NCBI GenBank assembly: GCA_964187785.1
Contig: OZ076409.1
Location: 88,600,001-88,664,000 of the forward strand
Length of the DNA: 64,000 nucleotides
Source: Amphiscolops sp. MND2022
Taxonomy: Eukaryota
Direction of reading: 5' to 3'
Translations under genes and position numbers: made by a program
Notes under the pieces: model-generated
What the model was told of the DNA's origin: nothing
Seen by the model: the letters and a program-made list of their open reading frames with translations, nothing else
Databases searched by the model: none
In this document: positions 12,676 to 27,600 of the stretch, in pieces
Layout: each line of letters starts with the position of its first letter
Position numbering within the stretch: the stretch's first letter is position 1

Positions 12676-15600
12676 ATGGCGGATGCGGAGGGTCCTCTGA
12701 AACATCCGCCAATGGCAAAGAAATCAAAAACTGTTTTGGGCAATGGAACAATTCCAAAATTACCACCTATTGTACAAGAAAGAAGCGAATCTGCAAAAGA
12801 CAGGCGTCAAAAACTGCTGAAGCACAGGTACCGTTTTGTTTTTTCCTACATAAATGTACACGTAAACCACGAGGGAAATCGTTTCAGTGATCCTTCAGTT
12901 GTATCAATCTTCCCGAAAAATCTCAAATCCTGAATTGTTTACAATAGTTAATATCAATTCCGTCTTTAGATTGTTTTGTGAATATTTTTTCATGAAGTTA
13001 TTTTTCGATTGTTCTTTTCCTGCAACTAGACATATGCGACCACAAAATTAGAATGTTAAGGAACAACTGAATTATTTAGTGAAGTCGGTTTGTAGTAACA
13101 ATATTGGGAAAGTTGTATAAGTTTATTATTTTCTGTCCGCATTTTTCATATGTGTAAAAACTTTGCTGAATTCCGATTTACCCACAGAAGTAAATTACCA
13201 TAAAGCCAGGTTTTTGTACATGAATTTGTGGATAATTCAACTTGTTTGAGAAAAAAACCTGAAGGAGGTGATACCCTCGAAGAGAGCAAAACATGCGAAT
13301 TTTTAAAACCATTTCAATGGTATAGTTATCAGATGCTTTTGTAAGTACAAGAATCTAAAAAAATCAATCCTAAAACAGATCCTAATTAGCTTCTCAGCAT
13401 TCGCTTTTATTGTAATTGTTTTTGTCGATATTTTCTCAGCTTACGCTGAATGATGATAACCTTTGGAGACCACAATGAATGTCCGCGTCCAGTATGTTGT
13501 ATTTTCTATCATTATTGGATATTGAAGATTAAGCGATGTTTATCAAGCCCTTTGTTTGGTGATTTCACCTGGCCGTGTAATCTTGTACTAGTGATTAATC
13601 AGGAAGCACAGCTAGAAAGCAATCCAATTGCAGTTTGACCTGCTGTTCGTCATGTTCCACAAGGAGATATGAAAACAGTTGAATAACTGGGGAACCTTTA
13701 TAACAAAACCTAATAATTTTAGGGTTCTGACGTGTAGACAAATTTGACGTTTTTTTCAAAACATGAATAAAATAAATCAAGAAATTCTCTTTTTGCAAGT
13801 TCCGTACTTTATCCGTCTTACGCTTGAGACTTAAGAATTTGTTGTCGCTGAAATTCTTCGAGACGAAAATACCCACGTGCTTAGCTTGCAGTCTTGCTTA
13901 GATTTCATTCGCGTTTTCAATTCAGGTCAAAAATACAGCTTATGTATATATGTAAGGTCTGTGCTATAATTTTTAATTGTTCTTAGGAGGAAAGATGAAG
14001 TACAAGGATTGATGGATAAAATTCTGTATCAGAGGGCTCTGAGCAGCATGGAACAAACAGTTCACCTGAACGAAACCATGAAACACTCTCCCCAACCTCC
14101 AAAGTACCCAGATAAAGTGAGTTAACATATCATTGGTTTTTCATTCTATCGTTTTTCATAGGATGTGAATTTCTGGAGCTTAAACCGGGTGTTTCCTTTG
14201 GAATTTTGCAGAAATTTACTGATCAAGAAACGTTTCTGATCTCTCGTTTTCGTTTTTTTGAAGTTCATCTTTGACTTCGAAATAGATACTATCAATATAG
14301 AAGTATCAATTTACTACAAATCGCACGACAATAAAATTTAAAGAATTTGAATTTTCAGTAGCTCTAGTTGCATTACTTCTAGATCAGGCCAAATATCAAA
14401 ATCATTTCAACCACCTTACCAACAAAAAATTGTAGTAATCGAATATCTTTTGACGTTACGAAGAAATGAATACAAAATGTTTTTGTTGTAAATTGAAGGT
14501 GTTAGTGGACCTCTTGTTAGCCAATTTATGGATCTCTCGGAACAGCCTAAACATATCCATGAGCATGGGTACATCTACCTAAATTGTTGTTTGTTTTAGG
14601 TGTCGTTTCTTTATAATAATAATAATAATAATTATACTACTTTATATAAAATGTTGTTTAGATGATGAGTGAACAGCGCAAGCAAAGGGTAAAACATTTT
14701 CTTTTTCTTGTCTTTGGTTTTGTTTCTAGCAAAACAATGCTTAACTTTATTCTTGGCCTTCAGATGAACTACCAATTCCTCAAATCATGCGTAGCGCAAG
14801 CTCCGATTGTGACAATGCAAGATTCAAGCAAAAACTCTATTTTGTCCATGATACCTAGCAAATGCAAAGAAGGAAGGGGAAAGAGGGAACGAATTGAAAA
14901 CCTGTTCTCGGAAGTCATCTCTGAGTACGAGGACAGCATGAAGAAAGCCACTAGTAAGCTCTTTGAGTGTGATATGCAATTTCATTGGTCTTATTCACGA
15001 CATTTCATACGACTAAGAAAATATTCTCTCAGCCTCGTTTTTCAAATTTTGCCATGTTCCCATTTTATACTCAAACGATAGACGTGCTTCCATAAAATGT
15101 AACTACATAAAGTTAGGTTCGTTTGACAGTTATTCCATGTTTTAAATTTTTTGTCTATTAGCTTCCACCTTTTCTCACTCAAATGATAGTTTTTTTTGTG
15201 TAGAAAACCAAACACTCATTCACTTATATTTTTCCAAAAACTAAACACTTATTTTTCCAATATACGAGATAATTAACACAAAAGTAACGCCATATTGAAA
15301 ACTTCCAACAATTACGTGAAAAAAGCATTCATGAAAACGAGAAACTTTTTTGTACTTGCGGATTTTTGGCCGCCTTTTTCCAAATGTGCTGAAATATGAA
15401 ATTTTCTTTTGAGGCGAAAAAGGCAATTAATTTTTGAATCAATCTGATGCAATTCAAAACGATTCATTTTTTGGTGGAGAAAATAGATATTCACCATACA
15501 AAACGTGTTGTAGTATTTTAAACCTCCCAAAACCTTCACTCTGTAAATAATTTTAGTCCAGCAAGTGTTGGTGAAACCTGCCATAAAGGGACTCGAACAA

Positions 15601-18600
15601 GATGACAACCAAGCACCATTTGAGGAACCACAGTAAGTTGTTTAAAGGGTCATGTTGAGTTAAACCATCGTTTTAATAAGTTAGGATTTAATCACAAACG
15701 AATCAGACAAGGAGATTCATGAATTAAACGACCATTTTATGAATCTGTAATACTTAGACATATTTTCAGGGAAATTTTATACCGCCTTGACAACTTTTTA
15801 ACGAATATTCACAAAATCTATGTCCCCAGACATAACTTTCCCGGTGCTTTTCGCTCAGAGAAGAGAAGTAAGACACGAATGGCCCAAATCGGCGCCCGAT
15901 CACGATAAAAAAATGAAAGTTGGGCTCTTTTCTGTTCCCCCCCCCCCACCACCAAAATTTTTTTTGGAAAATTAGTCAAAATCTAATAACAAAAAGATTT
16001 AAATACAAATCAGAAAGCTTCAAATTTACATTTATTCTTAGTGTGACCGTTTAGGATTCAGATACAAACTTTGTTCACATTTTTCAATATGTAGTCACGC
16101 ATTTTTGATGAAGAAATCAACAGCTTTTTGAGTAATCAATAAACACTTAATGCGAACATAATTATAGTCAAAAAGCGTGAACAATGTTTTGTTCAAGCAA
16201 AAAACTAATCCATTAGACGTTCCAATAGACGTTATCTTCCCATTATGAAAGAAGGTTTTACTTTTAATTAGGGTAGTCTAAAGTTTTTAAGGAAATTTAC
16301 TTCCAAAAATTTTAGTAGTGGGGGGGAACAGAAAAGAGCCGAAAGTTGTTCTGCAGTTCTTATAATTGTTTCAGGAAAATAATTTAACAAGTCTTATAGA
16401 TCCAACAAGCCGGGAACGGCCCAAGTCGGCTTCATTTCTAAGGCTCAAAAATATTTTAAGGAACAACAATTGGGAAAACTTGGGAAAATTTTTTCAAAAA
16501 AAAGTATTTGGTAAAAAAAGTCGCATATTGCCCAAAAACTCAAAAAGAGACCCTTTAGGCTTATTAAACGTTTTTTACAAACCGAAAACTTCAAAAAATT
16601 CAAGGGTACCCTTTGATAGAGTTTAAAAATTTTCGGAAAAATGTCGCATAGTGCCGAAAAAAACCTCAAAAGGGGGACCCTTTGGTCTCCCCTCTACTTT
16701 TGGAAGCATGAAAAATTTGTGGTTTAGTGCGAGACTTGAACCCACGCTCTCCTGCTTCTCAGACCCCAGAAAATCCGGGTTAACCTCTCGGCCAAGAAGT
16801 TGAACAAAAAAGTTGACCGATCGCGTTGAACTGACGAAAAAAAAGCTAGCCACTGTAAGAGTCGTGCTTTTTCTTCGAAAACGCCGACTAAAAATAGTAG
16901 TACTGTTAATTGTTATTTTCCTTCAACTGCCTCGTTATCCATTGAACGGATCAGTTTATTGTTTTAAATTCCATTTTCTGTTTTAAAAGTATTTAGCAAA
17001 CGTCAATGTTTGTCTGAATCCCTGAATAATGTTTTCAGTTGAAATAATTTGCAATTTCTTTTCAAGACTCAAATGGGACACAACCATGATATACCAACAT
17101 GAGTTTGTGAAAGTCACACCAGTGTAAGTTAACTCGCACAGTGCTATAGAGGAGAGAGCTCCAAGATAGAGGGATTTCAATACGAACTGCACTTTCGAAC
17201 GCACGTCATATCAATTAAGCATAATTATTGTCATTTCGAAACAATTTGGTGTCAGAACAATTCGCAGGGTAGATGCAATTTTGACGCATCCATTTTGGAA
17301 ATAATTTTGTTTGTGACGTTCCGAAAGTGGTTTGATTTCAGATTTCTGTTTACAGGGGCTAATTCATTCAAAATTTCTTCAAATGATGATGGTACTATCT
17401 TTTGTGTTTGTCGTCATTTTTGACAACGTTTGCATAAATTTGGTTGTTTCTGTTCCCAAGTTCAAAGAAAAAATTCGAATAAGCTTATCTCTGGAGCTCT
17501 CTGGTTTATGTTAGTTGTAGATAAATGTTAAAGTAATAATTAGACATCATCTGATTATCACTCCTCCTGTCAAATCCATCGTAAAATTCCGGAAAAATTA
17601 CTCAGCAATCATATTTTTCATTACAACCCGTAGATAGTTTTTCTAGTTGTAGTTTATTAATTTTAAGCTTTTCGTTACTCAGTTGAAGGCATTCGATAAA
17701 GTTTTCTTTTACATTTTTTTTGAAAAATTGAGTTTTCTTTATCAGGGGACTGTACAATAAGCCAATCAACCGAGAAAGTATTTTTGCTAGCCTCCCAAAC
17801 AGTTTACTGGAAGCTTTTGTTATTTTATTGATATAGAAATGAAATCTACTGTATCTATGAATTCTGAAAAAGTAGCCTTTGAATTGATATAACCTTTAAA
17901 ACATATATAAATCAAGTTTAAATTATGTGAAGTGCATCCACTGTAGTTTGGGAAGTTCAAGCACAACTTTTTCCATTAACCGAATAATTTTTTACTAATC
18001 AGTTAACAAATATTTAACCCGTTAATCGGTTCTGTGGTTAACTACTCTCAAGGACTCATTTCAAATCTAAATAACTAGATACTTCAACAGAAGTACTGGA
18101 AAAAGTATATATTCAAATTTAAGGGCTACTTTTTCAGATTTTATAAATAGGTGTCATTTCTATACGTGTAGGTAGAGTAGTACTAACCCTAGGTCTTTCA
18201 TATGACTTAAGAAGCTAAAAGTTAGCAACAATTGGTAAGAGGTTTCATGAACTTTTGCAGGGGTTTGGATTTCTCGACCCCCTGGCACAACAGTGTCCAG
18301 AGACACAAAGTGACCATCAGAAACAGACTGCATCTGCTGCACCCGGCCATGCAACAGGTCCTTGACATGTGTCACACAACTTTGGGGTCAATCATGCTAA
18401 TTGACCTGTCCAACTTGAGGTAATGATTCTTCCAATGTCACCCATTTTTGTGACCCAATCTTGTGGATCTATTCTGCTTTCTGCTTTTAAAAATAATTCC
18501 TCAATTTCAATATTTAAATGAATCCAATAATCTATTTTTATTGCAGGTGAATCTAATTATTTGTGATGATCCGGGAAGTATATTAATTTCAATTTCCCTA

Positions 18601-21600
18601 AATTAAACCTCATAGTTTTTCCTTTTCCGCAGATATGAAATGTGAGTAAAGTGTAGTTGAATTGTGCGATGATTCTGAGCATTGCTAAGCTAAGTTTTGC
18701 TTTTGTTCTGCTACATTGTTTTTTTCCAAAGTAGACTTGGAGTTTTTTTTCGAAATTTCTGAATGAGCTCTTTCAAAGGACGCATGACAGACTAGACATG
18801 AGTACAGTCAACTCCGGTTATAACAAATCGACTTGATGCAGTTTTTTCAGTTCGCCATAACGGAAACTCGTTGTGAAAAAAGAAAAAATGTCCCCCATAC
18901 AAAATAAATTGTTATAACCCAAATGCACGAAGCTGTGTCACAATGATTACATTCAAGAAGTCAATTTGCAATATGCTTTAAATATTTATTCGCCGCGGAG
19001 TTGGAATAAACCGACAAAGTGTTAATTTCCCTGCGACATGGCGATGATTGAAATTAATTGATCATCGGTAAAAATTCAACTACGTTATAACCAGAGAGCG
19101 GATAAAAATGCATAAAAAGATGGTTAAAATTTGCTATTAATTGCGTAAAAGTATGACTATTTAGTCTGTATTTGAAATTGTTGTTTGAATAGTTCAAACT
19201 GAAAGAACACGATTCGCAAAAAATAGTGTCAACGGATGAATCATAGCGCCAGTTTATTGTTCCACCAGGTAGAGTTTTGACAAAATAATTGCCGTTCTGC
19301 TTTGTCTTTGGCATGATTTACATCAAAGGAATGACGCAGCGAATAATATACTTAACGCTAGCAGTACAGTACTGTGATTAAGAAAACGTCCCCCGTGGCG
19401 ATTTCAGGCTCAATTTTCTCGGAATCTGGTGAGAATTTTGAAAAACATCAGAAACAAAAGTTTCTTAGAATTTTATCTAGTTTATATTAATGTTTTTTAA
19501 ACTTTTCTGGGACAAAAATTGAGAAAGTTACATATAGCTAATTTTGAGTAAATTTGGGACTTTTTCCGTTTTTCCAATTTTTGACCGGGTTACCCACATG
19601 TTTTTTGGCAAGTTTTATGCTCAAATAACTTGTACAACTCTACTGAATCTATGGATATTTTTTGAATTCAAAATTTTTCAACCGTTTTCGAAATATCATG
19701 CTCGAAAGGTAAAATTTCATCGGTTTCCATGTATTAAGATAGGAAATGGACGTTTCGCGGCGAAAAACTGCGATTTTTTTATTTAGAATGTTTTTGAAAC
19801 AAAAAATGTATCATTGAATTCTATACAATTTGCACAATTTGATGAATTTCAAATTTCTCGAAAAAAAAATCGAAAACCTTCCTAAAACTGGGAAAATAGC
19901 AGAAGTGTTCTTTCTGCGCATGGGATTTCACTTGATGCGCCAATCAGAATTGAAAGTGAGAGCAAATAAGCAATTCTTTATGGTTGATAACGACGCTCAG
20001 CGCATAGGTGGACGATTTCTTAATCACAGTACTGTATAGTGAGAAAGTGAGAATCGAACGAACTCATGTCGCTTTGCGTAAACAATACATGTAGTAAATT
20101 AGTCAACAAAAGGAGAAATCGATTGATTTTAATTTGATCCTTTCGTAACATCAGCCAAAATTGCGTGAAAATCTATAAAATTGCGTAAAAACTACAAGTA
20201 AGCCAAAATTGCGTCAAAAATTGCGTTATGGTAAACGCAATTTTATCCGCTCCCTGGTTATAACCATCGTCCATTTGTCATAAACGGCGGAGTTATAAAA
20301 TGGCTCATCCGATGCATTGTAATAATTTTGTTATAATCGGCTTTTGTTGTAGCCATCCTTGTTATATCCGGAAGCGACGGTACTATTTCAACTGACTTTT
20401 CTAGTTATTTTTTTCAAGCCATTTGCTTCGAGTGTTTTTCTTCAATTGAGTGTTGAATGCATTTGAAAGATTATTATTTATAATGTCTTGCATCAATTTT
20501 CAGGATGAAGGGCCCAGTTTCAACCAATGATTTGCGCAATGACGTCAAACTAGAGTTAGAGAAGACTGAGACCAGATTGCGCAATCAATGGTACCCAGAA
20601 ATATTGCGACTTTTTGTTGCAAAAAACACCATTTCAGACATCAGGCCTGAAATGCTGGACTCTTTCTATAACTGCGTTTCTGTCCTATTATCTAATCAAG
20701 TTAGTATATCGCTTTCAATTCTTTTGAATAATTTTGACGTCATTTATTGAATTGTTTGCTGCCCGTTGCGCTACAATAGTGTGATCCGAGTCGCGCACTC
20801 CTGTTTGCGCGAAAAGCTCTGGGCGAAAATTATTTTATCGAAAACTGAATTTGCACCATGTACAGTGGTGTGAAGAAAGAATGCGACTTAGATGCTCAGA
20901 GTGCAAAGAATTCTCTAATCTGATTGGTTCACAAAGCCTCGCTTCTCAAATCTCATTGGTTTAACGAGCCTCGATTGCTCGCAAAAATCAGTATTTTCAA
21001 TATTTTTCCGTCTTTCGGGGATAATTTTACATGAAAATTATATCAAAAAATTTCTCTGATTTTCCTCAATCCCATGATAGTTTTTGTTTGTGAAAATCAC
21101 CAAGAAAATAAAAATGGGAGCACTTTTTCGTTCAGGAAAATTGGAAATACATGTATTAAGATAGGAATTTCAGACTGACACTTGGTAAAACTCCCACCAA
21201 TATACATTTTCCAAATATATCCAAAATCAAATTTCATCTTCATTTTCGAGAGATTTGAATGTATCTGCAAGGCAAAACTTATCAGAAAATATTTATTGGA
21301 TCACTGATATTAATTCAGCAGAGTATTATTTTTATTTGAATTACCCTGTTGAATCAATGCTTGCTGAATTTGAATGCCTTGTTTTAGCTGAAACTGCTGA
21401 AAAACCAGACGATAGATGGTTGGGTGAAGTTGTTCAAGCCTCAGAACTCAGATTTCCTTCCTTGCTTCAAAATGCAACTGGTGCTCGACGAAGACGTCAT
21501 GCAATTCTACCCCACTTTCGATGTGAGTCTTCAACTGACTGGATTAGTCATCTGGGATTTTAACTGAAATCTTATTTCGTTTATTTTATCCGTTTCTTCT

Positions 21601-24600
21601 CTCCAGGATTTGAAGGACACAGTTTTGTATGTTGTGGATGAAATCACAAAGTGCATGCAAAATTTCCAAACAGTACAGTCTTGGATGTCAGCTTCGAATG
21701 AGACACAGGTAAAGACAGGATTGTGATTTATACTACAAGCAACATAGTTCTTAAGAGAAGGCTGTATTAATCTTCATTTCTAACCTTAACCGGGATTAAT
21801 GTTTAAAGGAATAACATCTAAACTTCAATGTATTCAAAAATGGAATGAGCATGACAGTTTTAGATTTCCCGACAACGGTTTAGACGTATTTTCCTAGACG
21901 TTATTAATTTACAATGAATGCCCTGGTTGAAACTGCTTGAACATTTTACAAGTTTTTAAAGGTTGCCAAGCTAATTTTTCATGATTTTATACAATTCTTA
22001 AGGGCATTTCCATGCATTAAAATTTCTTTGATTCGATTTAATTTTATCAAGCTGCCTATAAGATGCAACCTAAATTTAACAATTAAGTTACAAATTTCTG
22101 CTGATAGATCATTTAGTGTTTTCAGATGTTTCTACAACCACTACTATGCCGACTTTTAAATTTAGTTCTTCAATTGTACAAAAATGCTCGCAAAAGTGAA
22201 CTTTTCTGACAATTTTTCTTTTTAATTCAGCATAATTTTTCAGGCCGTGTACATTGATGTGAAGACGGCCGAATTCATCATCAAACAAGCCAATAAACTT
22301 CTGGTTCAATCCGTGACAGATAATTTTGAGCACGCGCAACGATATCTGGAGTCATACAGTAAGATTAACGTCATTTGAAAGCTTTGCTATTTTAAGTCTT
22401 CATCGAGAGGAGAATAATAATTTGAAGGAGGTCGGAGGAGCTTTGAGAGCAAAATTGTGAACAAGTTGCCAAGTTTTGTGATCTATAGATTCATAAAAGT
22501 TTTACATCTACATTTATAAAAGTTATGTAACTTGTTCAGCTAAGTTTATGATATATTTTTTCAATTTATGCTGACTTCTAGCGTGGCATGCATGTGCATT
22601 TGAAATACTCAAGTACTCAACTGTCGAAGTGTCTCTTTCACAGAAAATTCTCAAAAATAGTAATGACAAAAATATAACAAATAACAATTTGAATCAAGAA
22701 AAACCGTAGCAGAAAAACGATTTGTATACATAAATCTTTGGCTAGATGTTCTCCGTGGAATTTTCCATGGAAACTTTTCTGTAGATGAATTTAATCAGAT
22801 CAGTAAAACTATGTTTCAGTCGATCAGTACAGCTATCTTGTCAACGGAGAAGCGATTAAGGTCGTTGAAGAGTTCATGGCAAATCCTGACCACGAATTTC
22901 CAGACTACACAAAGGTATAATGTTTTCATGCTTGATGAAAGGTAAGTAGTAGTATGGTAAGATCTCACATACTATATCATCCTTGCAAAGGCGTCCTCAA
23001 GTTTTGTCCAATCATCAATTCCAAGCTCTTTTCGGTACATTTTCAGGATGCTTTTCCTCGTCTTTTTTCCTCGTTTTCTCTTGGGTAGTGTTGGTTTGTA
23101 TCCCAAAATAAAAGGCAAACAAGCCGAGAATGCTTCATTTCGGCGTCCCGCTCAAAGGCCAAAAATTTTTGGAATTTTTCAAAATTGAGAAAAAGCAGTT
23201 TTTTTCCGAAACATCGAAAAACCTCACAGGTCTGAAAAATTCAAGACCCAAAACCTTCTGGTTCTTCCCGCTTCTATATGATCGCAATTTATCAAACTAG
23301 TTTAAAAAGGGATCCGCCACAGCGAAGCCATCTGTACACGTAAGGTCGTTAGATTCAATTAAGCGAAAATTTTGAACATTTTTGTCAACTTGTGAGGTCT
23401 TTAAAACTCACAAATATAGTTTTTTTCAGAAAAATACCGACTGAGAAACAAATACAACAATTCCTATGTCGCATTTTCTTTCACCCTTTTCCATTATGCT
23501 CCCCGAAAGTATCCGTATTTTGTTATTTTAACAAGAAAATCAACTTCAACAAATCGCAAGTGTTTTCAGGAAATTTCCAAGTACAAGAATCTATGTGACG
23601 TCATTCGCCAGCTGGACACTCTGGTGACTTTTCCCCTGGTGCGACTGGACTGTAGTGACCTGAAACGGGGTCTGTCGGACAAGGCCAAACACTTGGGAGA
23701 TATGTTGCTGCACAAGATTGCCAGCGATCACAGAGCCGAAAATATCAGGTGGGTTTCTTTGGGGCCGACTATTTTGGTTAATCGTAAATCAGCGTGAAAT
23801 ATACGTTCCTTTTTTCATCAATTGACGTTTTGTATGAAGTTTTTAGAAAGTTTTTGAAATGCCTGGAGATTCGTCCAGATTTTCTTGATAGTTCAAACTT
23901 TTTTTGAAGACAAAACTGTTATTTTCACCACCACAGTTTTTCAATTTCCGTCAGAGACCTTTCTTTAAAAATTATCAACGTTCCTAAATTAATATGAGTC
24001 ATCGTGTCAAAATGCTTGCACTTTGGTTCATCTCAACTTATCATTAGGTTCTATCATAAGAGCATTTGATCAAAATCTTTCGAAAATGATACAGAATTGA
24101 ATTGTGATGATTGTTGTAGCATTTGCAAAGAGTACGAGCACATTGAAGAACAATGTTTGAAAGAAGCCAAGAATACAGAGGAGCTGATGGAGCAACAAGC
24201 CTTCATTGAGAACGCGAGGTCATTGGGCACACTGCAGCTGACCGATAGAATCAAAGAGGTCAAGGTCCGATTGGACTACCTGCTTAACAACCACCTGTTC
24301 TCCCCAGAAGACATTGAACTCAACTCCATGACAGTTACCTGGCCCAAACGCATACAACCCATTTTCGACAAAAACGACGAGGTAATCGTCTGAACGAGTA
24401 CTTGAGTTTTCAAGTCCGGGTGCACTTCTTTTGCTGTTTCGTCGCTTATACACTACAGATATGTCATTTTGATTTTGAAATTGCAAGAAAATTCCCATGT
24501 CTTCGAAGTTGAGATTGTGAAAACTGATAAGAACAAGACGGGAACGTCTGAAGTCGGCGCCATATCTAAGGCTCAAAAATAGCAAAAGGACATCAAAGTG

Positions 24601-27600
24601 TCAAAAAACTCAAAGTATCAAACTCACAAAAAAAGTTTCGAAACACTTTTGGAAAACCGAAATGACCAAACTGGCGTGCCGGGTGTCCGCTAGCGCGGGC
24701 CCCTGGCGCGTTAAAACGGGGGATCCTTTGGGATTTTTCAACATTCATTCTGTCGCAAAACATCAAAAAATTGAAGGCGACCCTTTGGACACAAAAAAAT
24801 TCGCAAAAAGCCAGCGCCGAAAAAAATGAGAGGGGGACCCTTTCGTCTCGCCCGGTTTTGTATGTTAAAAAACATGAAAACGTAAAAATGAAAGGGGACA
24901 CCCTTTGCAATAACTTAGAGGTGTTTCCGAGGTATTCGTTTAGTTGAACTAACTGAACAAAAATTTCGTCGCATTCGAGTCTCTTTTAAAGAAAAAATAC
25001 GAGTAACTAATAGTCGGGCTCTTTTATTCCAAATGCGCCGACTAAAAACATCAAGTTTTTCTTGTATGAAGCCCCTTTTGAATATTCGGATCATAAAATA
25101 GATAATTTTTGGGTTATTGTTGGACATTACAAAATTATTCTCGAAATATGAAATGTTCATTATTGTTGGGTTTTTAGGTCGTTGACAAAGTGCGTCGTGA
25201 CAGAGAAAAGGCTCTCACCGAGAAGAGAGAAGAGGTGATTTTGGAGCTGAACAAACTCAAGGCCAAGGCGACCGACATCAAGGAGTGTGGAGACATGGAC
25301 CAGATCAACACTTACATGAACGAGGTTCGCCTTACTCTCAGACTTCCAAATTTTGAATTATTTTTCTTTCTGTGATATATAACCATTTCAGGAATAATAT
25401 AGAAACTAGAAGGAGGAGTTTTCCAGCCGAGTTTGTTCGTTAATCGAGTACCTACTGAAAAAGATTCAGATATTTTGTTCGGCAGTGAGTATAAGCGTGA
25501 AATTTAAATCTCTCAAGCTGCCGACGACAGTGAGTTTATTCATTTCTCTTGCGATGAAACGAGCGAGTGTTAACTATGCCGAGTCAGGGCGGCCGAGTCA
25601 TGCCACCAATATGAAAATACAGTGTATGACGCTGAAAATTTGATAAACGTCATTCAAAATTTCCACCGCTCGGTAACAGCTTGTTTTTGATTGGTTAATT
25701 AAATAAAATAGACAATCAACTTTTCACAAATAGCCATTCAAGATTATAGAAAGAATGAAAATGCTGCTTCGCATAGCGGCGCTACAACTTTCAATCTTAA
25801 TTACACGCTGCATGCGAGTAGTGTCTGCGTAGGGATTATTAAAGTTCAATGTCGATTTTGAAATTTTGATTGTCTATTTAGAAAATTCAATCTTTCACCT
25901 GATTGGTTTTTAAATTTTGATTGTCGTTTATTAAATTTTCAGCGTCATACACTGTAGTCGCTGATATGGATTCTTTCGACGCTTAGAATAGCCTAAATGT
26001 TTTTTGCGATATGAATACCCTACGATTTGAATAGTCACCGTTAACTGGTACAGTGATCAATTTTGCGCTATATAACCTCTATTCGTCCTCATATGAGGAC
26101 AGCGATTTTTTCGCAATCAATTAAAATTACAAAACACAAAAAAACGTAAAGGGAACAAACATTTGTCTTTCTTATCGAAAATCTGTTGGACTAACTAGGG
26201 TGAGTTGTTATTTGTGCCAAAACAGGTATTTTTCCGAGCCACCGGCAAAACGCAACTGGAAAAAAGTGAAAAACTGCAAAAAATTACATTTCAAGAAGTT
26301 GTATTTTTCTCAATAACTGAGCAACTGTTTGCTAAGTTACTGTCCCACTCTAGTAACACAGTAGGCCACCATTGAACACGCATATGGAAATTTTTCCAAT
26401 GAACCTTCAGCTATGACTTCGACCGGATTTGAGCTGCGGCTAATACTCGTGGAGAAATGAAGCTCTGAAACATTTTTGCCAAATTTTTGTCAATTTTTGA
26501 ACTTGGTGTACTCTCTAGGATAATGATTAAACAGGAGTGTATAGTTATTCCAGGCGTGGAAGAGTTGTGGAGTTTTAGTTAACGGAATTTGTTCGTAATA
26601 ACTAGCTTCTTTCTCTATTCATTTTGGAAGGTTTTTCAAAATTTTGGAATCAACTAGTAATACTACCATCTTCACCTACAAATAACTCAATAGGTGTTCT
26701 TCTAAAGGAACCTTTTTGGAGTCAAAAATAAAAGCTGAGACATGATCTAGTGTACCTTCTATCATGGGCTACCTCTTTCAGTTGCGAGTCATCCAAAAAC
26801 GAATGAATGACGTGAAAGACGGCATAACATTCGTCAGCAAGGAGGAAGAGCTGTTCAAAGTGAACGAGCCAACTGAGTTCCCGGAGGTCGACGAAATCAA
26901 CGCCATCATAGAGCCCTACCAGAGGCTGTTCGGAATTGTGTCTAAATGGATGAAAACTGAGAAAAAGTAATTGAAAGCGCATTTTCTGCTCATACTCAAT
27001 AATGACTTTAACATGATATATATTTCAAAATTCCGTTTTCAAATCTCACGTAGTTTAAACACATGTCTGAAAACATGTTTGGCCCATTCAATTAATTCTA
27101 GTAATCTATTGTTGAAAGAGATAACTAGGGTGATGTGTCACTGTTGTTATAGCGCTTTGCTCTAATACATCCCCTCAGAAAGTTTCGCACATTTAATTCA
27201 TGGCACATTGAAATGGGTCAAAAAGCAAATGTTTGTCAACAAGTTTGGAATGTGAACGTTGGCGCTTTTTGAATAGTTTTAGAAGCACTGATTTTCTTTT
27301 TAGAAAAGCGTTCATTTGCCTGAAACTTCTGTGGACTTAAGTTTTCTTTAAGCAAACGGTCACCGTATTTCTTCAAATAGAAGCCGCCCGGAATATAGGT
27401 CGCCCCTGATTAGAAGCCGCATTAAGCCTGAAAATTTTATTCTAAAAGGCATAGTTTACTGTATTTCTTCTAATATAGGCCGCCAAATCACTACGGAAAA
27501 AACTTGCAAGCCGCGGCCTGTATTCGAAGAAATACGGTAGATGTTTGTTGAAGACAATTATTGATGTCTATGAAATTGTCTATGAAATTAGTTTTGAAAG

